This document shows, in pieces, positions 8,792-19,224 of a DNA stretch of 64,000 bases. Both the position numbers and the translations under genes were made by a program. This DNA comes from a virus. A model generated the notes under the pieces. The model did not search any database. It saw only the letters and a list, made by a program, of their open reading frames with translations, and was not told the origin of the DNA. Positions within the stretch are counted from its first letter, which is position 1. Every line of letters begins with the position of its first letter. The stretch lies in the UHGV virus genome UHGV-1332848; one strand, given 5' to 3'.

Positions 8792-11700
8792 TTATCTAGT
8801 ACCAGCTAATTCACCTATTTCTCTCATTGTTTCATATTTTGCCTCCTTAATCATCTTTTCCACTTTCGGCAATACATCTTCATTCATATTCCCTTTAACA
8901 ATTAATTTATATTCTAAGTTAATATCACCAATTTGTTGTTTAGAGTTTGCATTACTCATATTTCTATTTACATTTGAATTTAAATTCAAGTCAACCGTAC
9001 TAATGCCTTTCAACTCAGTTATGAATTTATCTAGGTTTCCTAGCCAATCATTTTGAATTATATCTCCAACATTTGTAAATGTAGATGTAATACTTTTGTT
9101 TGCATTACCTACGCTATCTAATACTGAGGATAAATCTCTAACACCATTCTGAACCATTTTAAGAATTTCTTCGTCTGTTAATTTACTATTAATTTCATCA
9201 ATTTTATTTTGAGCATTCTCTTCTATCCTTTCAAGTTCTTCATCGTATCTTTCATTAGCCTTATCTCTTTCATTATCTCTAATGAAGCTATTTATATCTT
9301 GCTGTGCCGATTCAATTTGCTTTTTAATATTAGCTATTAATTCCCCATCCGCCATTCTCATGGCATCTTGAAGTTGAGATTCTAGATCAATTAAACTATC
9401 TTGACGCTTCTTTAACTCGTCTCTATAATCATCTTCGTCCCATTCTTTATTTCTTAAATCTTTCCTTTTTTGAATAGCTTTTTTTAATGCATCAGTTTCT
9501 TTGTTAATGTTTTCTATATATGAATCTTTTTGCTTTTTAATTAACTCTACTATTTCTTTTTGTGTATCTATTGTAGTATTTTTTAAGTCTAATATAGCAT
9601 TGCTAACTTCTGGTATTTGATTAAGTAAAAGGTCATTATATCTTTCTAAACTTTCAGCAATAGCTTTGGCATTCTTTTGTGCATTTTCTCTGGCATCTCC
9701 GCTTAAACTATTAGCCCAGTTAGTAAGAGCGTCAAGCCTGCTATTAGCATTTGTTATCCTGCCACTACCATCAGCATTGAATCCATTGGCAACTAACGAA
9801 TTCTTTAATTCAGATAATTCCTTCTCTTGTTCTTTATTTTTATTTTTATATGCCATTTCTTGTTTTTTAATTAATTCTAATTCTTTCTCTAAGTATTTTA
9901 ATTTTTCTTCATCTGAAGTGTTTTCCATTAAAATTTTATTTCTATCTAATTCATTGTCTAATTCCTTTAATGCATTATTTACATCCCTATATCTATCAGA
10001 TAACTTCTCCATGTTGGCAATTTCTTTTTCAGCCTTATCTTTAGAACCCTTATCCCCTATTAATGAGCTTCCTCGTCCAAACGTTGGCGAAGAAGTGTTA
10101 AAACTGGCGTAAAATTCATTAAAAGCAGTATCTATTTTTGCCTTTTCAGTTTGTATAGTTTTTATTTGTTGTAGTGCTTTGGTTGCAAATTTTTCATTAT
10201 TAAGTGCATCTATAGACGTTGCAGATTCAACAGACTTTTCAGCAAAACTGTTTAACCTACTTTCAGCCTTACTTATCTGTTCGTCTAGTTTTGCAAGAAT
10301 TTTACTCTTCATTTCAGCCCAGCTACGTGCATTAGCTAAGTCATCTCTGTAAGTTTTCGCACTTCCCCCAAGTAAATTTGCTAGAAAATCAGATAAAGGT
10401 TCAGATAGTTTCGTAATAAACCCAGCTTTTGCTTCGTTTAAAGTAGCAAAATTATCTAAATCAAAATCATAACTTTCACTATTTACGTCCACAAATTGAC
10501 TAGCAAATTTATCAAATGCATTTTGAGCCTCAGAGCTATTTTTAATTTTTTCAGCATAGTATTTTTGATCATTACCTATCATTACTTGATATGCTTCTTG
10601 TTGTATTGCCACTTGATCTTGAATCTTGTTATTTAAATACTCTTGAACAGCGTTAATATCTGTAATATTCCCACCTAAATCAGAATAGTTTTTAGCAAGT
10701 TCAGCTACTATATCAGGTGTGAGTTGTTGCTCCTTATTTATCTTCTGTAGTAACGTGTCAAGTTTTTCCACTTCTTCAACTGCTTTACCATAGTTTTGAG
10801 TTGCTTGTTCTATTGATACTTCAGCAAATCCACCAACTTCGGCATCAACATTGTCTTGTTTTGCCTTAGTATTTTCTTTTGTTGCTTCTGTTGCTTTATT
10901 TACAGAATTTATATAATTATTAACAGCACTCGTGTCGAATCCCATTTGAGTTAATTGAGAAGATTTATATCCATTATCTAACAACCATTTTATATGAACT
11001 TGAGCTTGCGATGCTTTTAAGGTTGTATCCTGTATTTCCTGATTGAGCTTGTCTAAATCAGATTGTGTTACTTTTTGAGAATATGTACCAGTTGTAGTTT
11101 TACCTCTTTCAGTGTAAGATACCTGCTTTGTGTATTCTTCTCCTTTTATCATAGCAAGTTTCATTTCTTCATATTGCTTTTTCTTCTGTTCCAAAGCATT
11201 TAGTTCATTAGTCAATCCTCTGTTCGTTTCTATAAACCCTAAAGCTTCAATTTCCATTTGTTCTTTTTTTAATCTGATCTGTTCCTCAATTAACCCATTG
11301 TTTTGACTTATTGCATCTCCCTGTAAGCTAAAACCACTAGCTGACTCAGGGAGTACACTTGCCAGTTGTTTTTCTATCTCAACTAGTTGAGATTCCAAAT
11401 CTTTTCTTTGACTTAAATTTGAAGTATTTGTTATTTGTTGTTCTAGCTTTGTTTTTTCATCAAGTAATTTTTGTGCTTGGGTTATAGCTTTACCACTATC
11501 TGTAATAAAAGCAGTGGATTCAGCATTCATTTCTTTCATCTCTTCTTTTGTTACTATTAATTTGTCTATAAGTTTAGTTACGCCAGTTATTATTCCAGTT
11601 ATAGCAAAACTCAATCCTAAAGTCATAGTTGCTGTAGCCAAAGCAGATGCGACTTCAACAGCTTTAAAACTAACAGCTAACGCTGTATTTTTTGCACTTA

Positions 11701-13957
11701 AAACACTTGCTTTAGCACTAGCATTAGTCATACCATCAGCAAACTTGTTAAAAGCACCAGATATAACTCTACCTATACTCATTTGAGTAGCTTTAGCAAG
11801 ATTGTCTATTTTTAAAGACATTGATCCGACTATGGGAATTCCCTTGGAAATCCCCATATACATCTCTTTATTAAAAAGAACTAATGCGGTTGTAGCAACC
11901 CCTATTGTAGCAGGTAATGCTCCAAACGTATTAGCCATTCCACCGAATACTTCTAGTGAGGTTGTACCTAAATCCACAACGTTTTTTATAGTGTCCGAAT
12001 TAATTGCATTAACCCACACAGACTTCAATGTTTCAGAAAACTGATTCATTTTTCCCTCTATTGAGTCCATGAACCTCTGTTGTTCGTTATAAGCTGAACC
12101 AGAGCTTTCCAGTGCACTATTATAAGCTTCGATACCCTCTTGCATATTTTTCATAGTTCCCGAGAAGACATTCCCCTGTCTCTGACCAGCTATAACATAT
12201 TGCAAGTATGCTCTTTGCCCATCGGTCAATTTAGGATATACCTGTGCAAGTTCAGTCATTTGTTCATAAGTTGATTTAAAAGTATTGTCATCAACCATTA
12301 TGTCAACCATTTGTCCAGCAGAAGCAGTTAGTTGTTTTATTTCATCTCTTAATTTAGAAACTGGAACAGATGTTTCGTCTATCTCTGTTTTCATTCCACG
12401 TAATCTCATAGCGATTGTCTTGAGTGCTGTTCCTGTGACATCAGCATCTTGTATTGAAGCGTTTCCAGCAACAAATATTCCAACAGCTTGTTCATAACTG
12501 TTTCCAGCCTCATAAAGTGCATTACCCATTTTTTGCAATCCGTCAGCTACATCCTTGGTAGAACTTGAAAATTTATTTCCAGTATTATTAGCAACATCAA
12601 TTATTCTAGTAATATCTTCTAATGTGTTTAAATCAAAACCCTTGCTTATAGTAATAAGTGCCTTGGAAGCCTCGTCAATTGACTGGAAATCTCCTACATT
12701 TTTAAAAATTGTCGCTTGAGACGCTCTTTTAGATGCCTCATCAATAGCATATCCTAATTTTGAATAATATTCAGTTGCTTTAATAATATTTTCCGTACTT
12801 GTACCCACTTCTTTAGCCATATTATTAGCAACAGATGTAAACATATCTAACTGTTCTTGTGTAGCCTTAGCCACCTTTGCTAAGTCCCTCATAGCAGTAT
12901 CTAGCGAAATTATATCATTTATTCCTTTTCTTACTTCCGCTATCCCATTGTAAATAATGCTTCCACCAAAGGCATACATTCCCATTCTCTTAAATAAATT
13001 AGAAAATGAGGATTCATATTTAACTAATTCGTTAGTTTGAATCCTCATTTGACTTATTGTTGAATTTATTCTATTTTTTTCAGCAGTACCTAGTAAATTA
13101 TTTTGATTTTTCAAACTCTCTATGTTAGATATTTGTCTAGATATTTCATCATTTAACCGTTTCTGCTCTGTGGGTTTACCTCCACCTTTGTTATTAACAG
13201 CTTGCTGATATATCTTTAATTTTGCTATTGTTTTATCCAAATAATCATTCTGCTTTAATAAATCTTGATTAAATTTATTTATATTGCCAGTTTCAATTTT
13301 AGACTTAGCTATAGCATATTTGTCTTCAAGTATAGACCTTTCTTTTAATAAATTATTATATAAGGTTTCATCAGCTAAGTTGGATTTACTAACACTACTT
13401 ACACTTTCTTTGCTTATTTGTTGAGTATAATTCAATTGTTCTTGTAATACTTTTGCATATTCACCATCAGCAGTTAGTAACTTTGTTTTTAAATCATACT
13501 CAACTTTTTGTAATTGAACTATTTCTGAATAAGCGTTTTTCTTATTCTTGTCTACATCTCCAATAATACTAATATCTGTATTGCCATTGGTTAGATTCTT
13601 AACCGTTCTAACAGTTTCCTTTAACTGATTATTTATATCAGTTACAACTTTAACTTCCCCATCTGACATTAATTGAATTTTATATTTAGACATTCCTTGA
13701 ATTTCTCTTAGTGTTTTCGCTAATTTTTCTAGCGATTTTTCAGATGAGAGCCCGTCAATATCAAGTTTAGAACCACTTAGAGTTTTAATTTTTTTATTTA
13801 TCTTATCAATATTTTTATCAAAATTCATAAAATCTACATTTGTAATTTTTAAGTTTATTTGCTTAGAAACACTATCTAATATTCCTTGTGCTTCTTTCTT
13901 TAATTGATCAATAGAGTCGAACTGAATGCCAGAAGATACCATTAATCGTTTAGCCAT
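8792..13957 (-). CDS. tail tape measure protein
   Basis: 1721 aa, extensive coiled coil, central hydrophobic/Gly-rich segment. Position after chaperone-like genes and before Dit. Confidence 0.85.
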   Translation of the reverse strand: MAKRLMVSSGIQFDSIDQLKKEAQGILDSVSKQINLKITNVDFMNFDKNIDKINKKIKTLSGSKLDIDGLSSEKSLEKLAKTLREIQGMSKYKIQLMSDGEVKVVTDINNQLKETVRTVKNLTNGNTDISIIGDVDKNKKNAYSEIVQLQKVEYDLKTKLLTADGEYAKVLQEQLNYTQQISKESVSSVSKSNLADETLYNNLLKERSILEDKYAIAKSKIETGNINKFNQDLLKQNDYLDKTIAKLKIYQQAVNNKGGGKPTEQKRLNDEISRQISNIESLKNQNNLLGTAEKNRINSTISQMRIQTNELVKYESSFSNLFKRMGMYAFGGSIIYNGIAEVRKGINDIISLDTAMRDLAKVAKATQEQLDMFTSVANNMAKEVGTSTENIIKATEYYSKLGYAIDEASKRASQATIFKNVGDFQSIDEASKALITISKGFDLNTLEDITRIIDVANNTGNKFSSSTKDVADGLQKMGNALYEAGNSYEQAVGIFVAGNASIQDADVTGTALKTIAMRLRGMKTEIDETSVPVSKLRDEIKQLTASAGQMVDIMVDDNTFKSTYEQMTELAQVYPKLTDGQRAYLQYVIAGQRQGNVFSGTMKNMQEGIEAYNSALESSGSAYNEQQRFMDSIEGKMNQFSETLKSVWVNAINSDTIKNVVDLGTTSLEVFGGMANTFGALPATIGVATTALVLFNKEMYMGISKGIPIVGSMSLKIDNLAKATQMSIGRVISGAFNKFADGMTNASAKASVLSAKNTALAVSFKAVEVASALATATMTLGLSFAITGIITGVTKLIDKLIVTKEEMKEMNAESTAFITDSGKAITQAQKLLDEKTKLEQQITNTSNLSQRKDLESQLVEIEKQLASVLPESASGFSLQGDAISQNNGLIEEQIRLKKEQMEIEALGFIETNRGLTNELNALEQKKKQYEEMKLAMIKGEEYTKQVSYTERGKTTTGTYSQKVTQSDLDKLNQEIQDTTLKASQAQVHIKWLLDNGYKSSQLTQMGFDTSAVNNYINSVNKATEATKENTKAKQDNVDAEVGGFAEVSIEQATQNYGKAVEEVEKLDTLLQKINKEQQLTPDIVAELAKNYSDLGGNITDINAVQEYLNNKIQDQVAIQQEAYQVMIGNDQKYYAEKIKNSSEAQNAFDKFASQFVDVNSESYDFDLDNFATLNEAKAGFITKLSEPLSDFLANLLGGSAKTYRDDLANARSWAEMKSKILAKLDEQISKAESRLNSFAEKSVESATSIDALNNEKFATKALQQIKTIQTEKAKIDTAFNEFYASFNTSSPTFGRGSSLIGDKGSKDKAEKEIANMEKLSDRYRDVNNALKELDNELDRNKILMENTSDEEKLKYLEKELELIKKQEMAYKNKNKEQEKELSELKNSLVANGFNADGSGRITNANSRLDALTNWANSLSGDARENAQKNAKAIAESLERYNDLLLNQIPEVSNAILDLKNTTIDTQKEIVELIKKQKDSYIENINKETDALKKAIQKRKDLRNKEWDEDDYRDELKKRQDSLIDLESQLQDAMRMADGELIANIKKQIESAQQDINSFIRDNERDKANERYDEELERIEENAQNKIDEINSKLTDEEILKMVQNGVRDLSSVLDSVGNANKSITSTFTNVGDIIQNDWLGNLDKFITELKGISTVDLNLNSNVNRNMSNANSKQQIGDINLEYKLIVKGNMNEDVLPKVEKMIKEAKYETMREIGELAGTR

Positions 13958-14023
13958 AAATCACTCCTCCTTCCATATTATTTTTAAAATAAAAAGAACC
14001 ACAAGAAGTGATTCAAAATAACA

Positions 14024-14467
14024 TTATTTATTTTTCTTTTCCAAACCATTTATTTCTTTTGCCTTTTTACTCATAGCATTTATTCTTGTTATAGCTTCTA
14101 CTTGAATTAATTTTAATTCGGTATCCATTAACTGTGCTATATTATTCCTCAATACACTTTTGATGCAATCAGAAACAACCTTGCCTATCTCAAAACATAT
14201 GGTTTCCATCTCGGATGTTGGATTATGATAACATTCCATAAATTTAAATTCATTTATATTTTTTACCTCTGGAACATCACTTACTACTAACTTTTTGAAA
14301 AGCATATAAATAGCTTTTGGGTTATCATAATCTATATCTCCAGTTTCAGTCTTGGCAATGCTATTCAGTTTTTTTATTAATTTATTAGTTTCCTCTAAAT
14401 TAGGAATCTTAATTTTAACACCTTCCAAAATCTCTCTTTCTTCCTCTCTTTTTAACATATATTCCAC
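14024..14467 (-). CDS. tail assembly chaperone candidate (positional)
   Basis: 147-aa acidic protein immediately upstream of TMP. Confidence 0.35.
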   Translation of the reverse strand: MEYMLKREEEREILEGVKIKIPNLEETNKLIKKLNSIAKTETGDIDYDNPKAIYMLFKKLVVSDVPEVKNINEFKFMECYHNPTSEMETICFEIGKVVSDCIKSVLRNNIAQLMDTELKLIQVEAITRINAMSKKAKEINGLEKKNK

Positions 14468-14472
14468 TCCCC

Positions 14473-14949
14473 CTATTTTATTTCAAAATCTATATTATTC
14501 TTTATTGTTTTAACAACTATATCACTTTCATCTATTTTCTTTTGAGTTATTTTAGTAAAAGGTCTTGGTAGCTTCTTTTTATATATCTCAGAATTTTTCC
14601 ATGTATATTCTCCATATTCCACCATTTCATCTATATAACCACTAGTGCTATTAGGATAATCAGGGTTCCCTCTTGTATCATTTGTTATATTCACTTGTAT
14701 AGAATCTCTTGTTTCTACATAATCAGCAACCATATTATCTCTTGACATCAAACCTTCCTCGCCATTGCTCTCCTCACTTCTTCTATCATAATAACTTGGA
14801 GTGTAAGTATCTAATACAACTTCCTGAATTGTTTCTTGTTCCACCTCTTTTATTGCTTCCACAACCTCATCCTTCATAACTTCTTTAATTTCTTTTTGTA
14901 CATATTTCCATAAAGATTCTAAATCATTAAAAACCAATTTATATATCAC
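14473..14949 (-). CDS. tail assembly chaperone candidate / hypothetical
   Basis: 158-aa acidic protein ending 5 bp from the next gene. Positional inference only. Confidence 0.3.
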   Translation of the reverse strand: MIYKLVFNDLESLWKYVQKEIKEVMKDEVVEAIKEVEQETIQEVVLDTYTPSYYDRRSEESNGEEGLMSRDNMVADYVETRDSIQVNITNDTRGNPDYPNSTSGYIDEMVEYGEYTWKNSEIYKKKLPRPFTKITQKKIDESDIVVKTIKNNIDFEIK

Positions 14950-15016
14950 CCCACTTATAATTTAAAATAACAAAAAAAAGAGCCTGATAAAATATCAGTC
15001 CCTTAATTAAATAACA

Positions 15017-15457
15017 TTATTTATTTTTAGTTTCTTCAACCATATCAAAAACAACACCAGTACTATCTATAATAAGCAATGGAATCTCTTTATCTGTTTT
15101 TGAACTTTCTTTATCAATTATTACTATTTCATACCCAACGTCTTTTATATTGCTTGAATCTGCAAGGTTTTTAACATCATTATATAAACTCAAAGCATTT
15201 TCCCTTAATATAACCCATTGTTTATACACACTGTCTTTTGAAACAGCATCAATTATCGTGTCTTTACTTAAATAATCTGTAATTCTTATGACATTTCTAT
15301 CTTCTCTATATTCAACATCATACTCCACCATATCTTGTAACACTTTTACAAATTCCGGTATTTTTGTTTTACTACCCGAAGTCGAACAACCTATCATAAA
15401 TACAAAAGTCAAAATAAAGTTAATAAAAATTATTGCATACTTCTTTTGATTCCACAT
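15017..15457 (-). CDS. lipoprotein (moron inside tail operon)
   Basis: Signal peptide with lipobox FMIGC then STSGS. Own extended -10 (TGgTATTAT at 15510-15518, minus) and RBS AAGGGG. A terminator separates it from the upstream major tail gene. Confidence 0.6.
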   Translation of the reverse strand: MWNQKKYAIIFINFILTFVFMIGCSTSGSKTKIPEFVKVLQDMVEYDVEYREDRNVIRITDYLSKDTIIDAVSKDSVYKQWVILRENALSLYNDVKNLADSSNIKDVGYEIVIIDKESSKTDKEIPLLIIDSTGVVFDMVEETKNK

Positions 15458-15562
15458 ATAATTTACCCCTTATATAAAATATTATTTATATTTTATCATA
15501 TATGAGGTTATAATACCATAATTTAACTATGAAAAGAAGTATTTTATCTATTATTTAATCCG

Positions 15563-15614
15563 AAAAAATAAGGGGATAGAAAGGATTTTTTTACTTTTAT
15601 CCCCACTATCCCCT
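15563..15614 (-). terminator. rho-independent terminator after major tail protein gene
   Basis: Minus-strand RNA AAGGGGATA...TATCCCCTT (GC-rich stem) followed by UUAUUUUUU. A second hairpin TGCACA..TGTGCA lies at 15669-15695. Confidence 0.6.
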
Positions 15615-15701
15615 TTCTATATTTTCAATAAAATTCCACTTTTATTTAATTAATTATTATAATAATGCACACCATTTATAGATGTGCATAGGTTTTAATA
15701 A

Positions 15702-16457
15702 TTAAACAGCATCTGGAACTAAAGCCCAGTTAACCATTTTCTCTAAACTATCACCTAATATATCTACTTTTAAGCTGAATGGTGATACATTTTCAGCATC
15801 AAATGTAAATGCATTTTCAGCAAGAGTTGTTACGTTAGGGAATGTTAATTGCATATCAACAAAAGCTCCTTCTGCATGTGTTTTACCCTTACATCTTAAT
15901 ATCATAGTACATGATTCAGATAATTCATTTGTTGCTTTAATAGTAAAGTTTAAGGCTTCTTTTGAAGTGTAGTATGTGGCAACAATTATATCTCCCTTTT
16001 TAGCTCCAGTTAGTGTCGCACTCTTTCCTGATGTAACTTGTGCTGTTGAAAGTTCCCCTATCTTTGTTCTTCTGTCCTTTTGTAATTTATAGAACTTAAC
16101 TACACCAACAGGAGTTTCTTTTAAAGTGACTACTTCGTCATTTGTTGTAACCTCAAACTCATCACGATTATAGAATTTAACTGCTGATGTTTGTAATTGG
16201 CTACCATTAGCAAATGACATAACTTCTAAAGATGTTAATTCTAAATCAAATGTACCCTCACCTTGCTTTGGCTGGTCAAAAGAAACCATGTCGCCACCAT
16301 TACCTTTTGCTTTAACAGTTTCGCCTGTTGCCGAAAATTCAAATTTGTTTGCGAAATTTATATATACTTTCTCTTCATTTGTCTTGTTAGATATAAATGA
16401 AATTCTTCCAACATCTTTTATCGCAAAAATACCTACATTTTCTAATCCACTATACAT
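15702..16457 (-). CDS. major tail protein
   Basis: 251 aa, position upstream of chaperones/TMP, followed by a strong terminator (attenuation typical of major tail genes). RBS AAAGGAGG. Confidence 0.6.
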   Translation of the reverse strand: MYSGLENVGIFAIKDVGRISFISNKTNEEKVYINFANKFEFSATGETVKAKGNGGDMVSFDQPKQGEGTFDLELTSLEVMSFANGSQLQTSAVKFYNRDEFEVTTNDEVVTLKETPVGVVKFYKLQKDRRTKIGELSTAQVTSGKSATLTGAKKGDIIVATYYTSKEALNFTIKATNELSESCTMILRCKGKTHAEGAFVDMQLTFPNVTTLAENAFTFDAENVSPFSLKVDILGDSLEKMVNWALVPDAV

Positions 16458-16503
16458 TCATTTTCCTCCTTTTAATTAATTTTTATAAATATGGCATTAC
16501 CCA

Positions 16504-17313
16504 CTATTCATCAATAATTCTTTCGTTAAACCCTCTAGTGTCCATCTTTTTAACATCGGATAACATTCCACTTGATAGTAACCTCATGTCGTATCTATAC
16601 TTCTCTGCCTTATTTAAAATTATATATGTATTATAAAGTTGATACAGGTTGAAGCTAAGTGGCTTTTCATAATCAACTGAATTTGAAGCATGACAAACAT
16701 AATTAAAGACACTATATAAACTTAGTGCCTTCTTGTTTTTACTATCTTCTTTTTTATTTTTATTATAAATTGCTAACTGATACTCTCTTTCTCTTCTATC
16801 CTTAATATTCATTATCTGTTCGTAAGTTAGCTTTTTTTCTTTCTTATCTTTATTTATATCATTTTCTGTCACTTTTTTTAAATGACACATTTTCTGTATT
16901 ATTTCAGATAACTGTTCAAATTTAATTTTATCCAGCCACAACATATCATCAATAACTATCTCTTTATGAACTTCGTCAGGCTTATCATCATTAGGCATAT
17001 AATTTAACTTTACATTATTAGTTTCAAATACTATTTTTAAAAACTCTATACAATAATCTATTTGAATATCATCAGTTGATAAAATATCTAGTAGAAACCT
17101 TTCCTCTCCAATTGGTGGTTTGCCTAATAATGCATCTGAATTCAACCTAAATGGATTTACTAATGAATTATAGACTTCTTCGCTCATAGTAAAAACATCT
17201 TTAACTTTAATGTGATGTAGATGTTTATTATAGAAAGGTATTGGTAATCCAGTTAAACATAACCCCTTTAAATATTCACAATACTCTTCATCTTCAATAT
17301 TATATAAATCCAT
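16504..17313 (-). CDS. hypothetical virion protein (head-tail joining region)
   Basis: Position between capsid genes and the major tail protein. Confidence 0.3.
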   Translation of the reverse strand: MDLYNIEDEEYCEYLKGLCLTGLPIPFYNKHLHHIKVKDVFTMSEEVYNSLVNPFRLNSDALLGKPPIGEERFLLDILSTDDIQIDYCIEFLKIVFETNNVKLNYMPNDDKPDEVHKEIVIDDMLWLDKIKFEQLSEIIQKMCHLKKVTENDINKDKKEKKLTYEQIMNIKDRREREYQLAIYNKNKKEDSKNKKALSLYSVFNYVCHASNSVDYEKPLSFNLYQLYNTYIILNKAEKYRYDMRLLSSGMLSDVKKMDTRGFNERIIDE

Positions 17314-17319
17314 AATTTA

Positions 17320-17814
17320 TCACCCTATTTCGCCTTTAAAATCACTAAATTTAAACTGTAACTCTATAGCGTAATAATCTTTTCTGCTTGTTATTTCCTG
17401 AAAACCATTCATATAACACTTACCAACCCAATTGCCATATGAACTATCAAAGCTTTTCATAAGTTCATCACAAATACTTATAACCCTTGTGTCACCATTT
17501 TCTAAGGAGTAAATATCATTGTGCGATATTACATAGAAGTACAAATACACATCTGCAAAGGCTGTATTTACCCTATTTGGTGCTACTCTAAAATTAGTTA
17601 ATAAAAATGTCCTGACTTCCTGTATTGTTGAATCCCAAACAACAGGATTTAAGTATATGTAGTTATTAAGCAAGGATTGTGGGTCATCTATGTCTGGTAA
17701 ATCAAACGGATTTTCCTCATTATAAACTATCATTTTTAATAAATTTTGATTTGATAATAACCTTTCTTTTATAATAGATTTTAAATCATTAATTTTTTTA
17801 AATATTGTATCCAT
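17320..17814 (-). CDS. hypothetical head-tail joining / tail completion protein
   Basis: Position. Start overlaps the upstream stop (coupling). Confidence 0.3.
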   Translation of the reverse strand: MDTIFKKINDLKSIIKERLLSNQNLLKMIVYNEENPFDLPDIDDPQSLLNNYIYLNPVVWDSTIQEVRTFLLTNFRVAPNRVNTAFADVYLYFYVISHNDIYSLENGDTRVISICDELMKSFDSSYGNWVGKCYMNGFQEITSRKDYYAIELQFKFSDFKGEIG

Positions 17815-18785
17815 TATTTAGTTAATCCCACCTCCTGACTTACATTAACTACACCATTAGAGAAATTTATAATTATCTTGTTTAAATTTTCACCTTTTAG
17901 ATTTCTCATCTTTATACTATTACTAGCCTTACTTTCCACACTAATATGAGATGAATCAACACCATTGTAATCAATAGATATATCCCAATTTCCTGTATCC
18001 GCAATATTGTCCTTCATTACAGTAAATTTAGACGAACTATATTGTCTCATATCAAAAGCACCTAAACTAGATGATATTGAATAACCATTTTGAGGTCTTA
18101 TCTCAGGTTCTTCTTCACCTGATAAGAATGCATTGTAAGCAATATTGTTTACCAAGTCATCTTTGCCATCGAAATGCTCAACCTTTTTCATTACTATTTT
18201 ATAAATATTAGGTGTAGATACATTCTTAATAGAAATAGTCTCAAACTTCATCATTGGGTTGTGATTAAATATAAATTTCATATTCTGTTTTATTTGATTT
18301 GTGGTAGAATTCACAGGGACAAAACACGCAATCTTCCCATCAACCATCGAGAAGTAATCTAAGTTAATTTCGCCTTTGTCATTATAAGCTGTATCTTCGC
18401 AAACACATGGTATAGGAGCAGATAACCCCTTCCAATTCAATGTTTGGTTACAATATTTTGCGATAGAATACGGAGCAATTGTATTATCACTTTCACACTC
18501 AATTATTAAATATGATTTATCATTATATTTTATATAACTACCAACTTCTATATTGGAATCAGGTAAAAATACTATTCTTTTTTGAGCGGTTGTTCTTTCT
18601 ATGTTGGTAACCCTTACATCCATTATTGTCTCTGTTAAATCTAATTTTTGCAAAGTAGCTTGTCTATATGAAGGGTCATTTTTAAATTCTCTAATAAAAA
18701 GCTCTTTAGAGGTATTTAATCTAGCCTCACTAACATTAGAGCCTTGATTATTCATTTTCTTTTTCCAAATATCATAATATCTCAT
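17814..18785 (-). CDS. hypothetical virion structural protein
   Basis: Position. Overlapping stop/start with neighbours. Confidence 0.3.
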   Translation of the reverse strand: MRYYDIWKKKMNNQGSNVSEARLNTSKELFIREFKNDPSYRQATLQKLDLTETIMDVRVTNIERTTAQKRIVFLPDSNIEVGSYIKYNDKSYLIIECESDNTIAPYSIAKYCNQTLNWKGLSAPIPCVCEDTAYNDKGEINLDYFSMVDGKIACFVPVNSTTNQIKQNMKFIFNHNPMMKFETISIKNVSTPNIYKIVMKKVEHFDGKDDLVNNIAYNAFLSGEEEPEIRPQNGYSISSSLGAFDMRQYSSSKFTVMKDNIADTGNWDISIDYNGVDSSHISVESKASNSIKMRNLKGENLNKIIINFSNGVVNVSQEVGLTK

Positions 18786-19210
18786 TATTTAAACCCAACC
18801 TTAGACAATCTAGTTAAGTTATATCTTCCTATCCAATACTGAAATTCTTTTTCGGCATCAGATTTTAACTCTCTAAGCTCCCTCAAATGATTAGCTTGAC
18901 TATAAAAGTTAAAATCCTTAGAGCTTAATGATTGTTTTAATAATTCTATATTATTTATCTTTGGTGTCAACCAAGACACGACCATCCCATAAGCTAGTAT
19001 TTCTACTTCTAAATCTTCCAATTCTCTATTAAAACATCCCATATCATAATCTGCAACTAAATCATTTCTACTTATAAACTTTGAAATCGAAGTCTTTAAA
19101 AGCATTTTCAGTTCAATATTTAATTCCTCTTCCGTAAGGTTAGTATATTCACTTAAAGTCGTTATCTTTGACAAAAACACAGCAAAAATATCTTCAAAAT
19201 AAGTTCCCAA
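18785..19210 (-). CDS. head-tail connector/adaptor candidate
   Basis: 141 aa, position downstream of capsid genes. Confidence 0.3.
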   Translation of the reverse strand: MGTYFEDIFAVFLSKITTLSEYTNLTEEELNIELKMLLKTSISKFISRNDLVADYDMGCFNRELEDLEVEILAYGMVVSWLTPKINNIELLKQSLSSKDFNFYSQANHLRELRELKSDAEKEFQYWIGRYNLTRLSKVGFK

Positions 19211-19224
19211 TTATATCTCACCAC

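Noticed and set aside
9666-10112. Plus-strand ORFs in the track that lie antisense inside large minus-strand genes (for example 1192-1386, 3111-3383, 5518-6060, 9666-10112, 11514-12497, 19241-19750, 21888-22439, 22980-23279)
   Set aside because: They are embedded opposite clearly coding genes, lack RBSs and have low-complexity hydrophobic translations typical of antisense frames in AT-rich DNA. The same applies to the minus-strand ORFs inside the plus-strand block (41512-41784, 44877-45269, 45236-45433, 54354-54563, 56465-56761, 58030-58212, 58477-58674, 59667-59882, 60177-60389).
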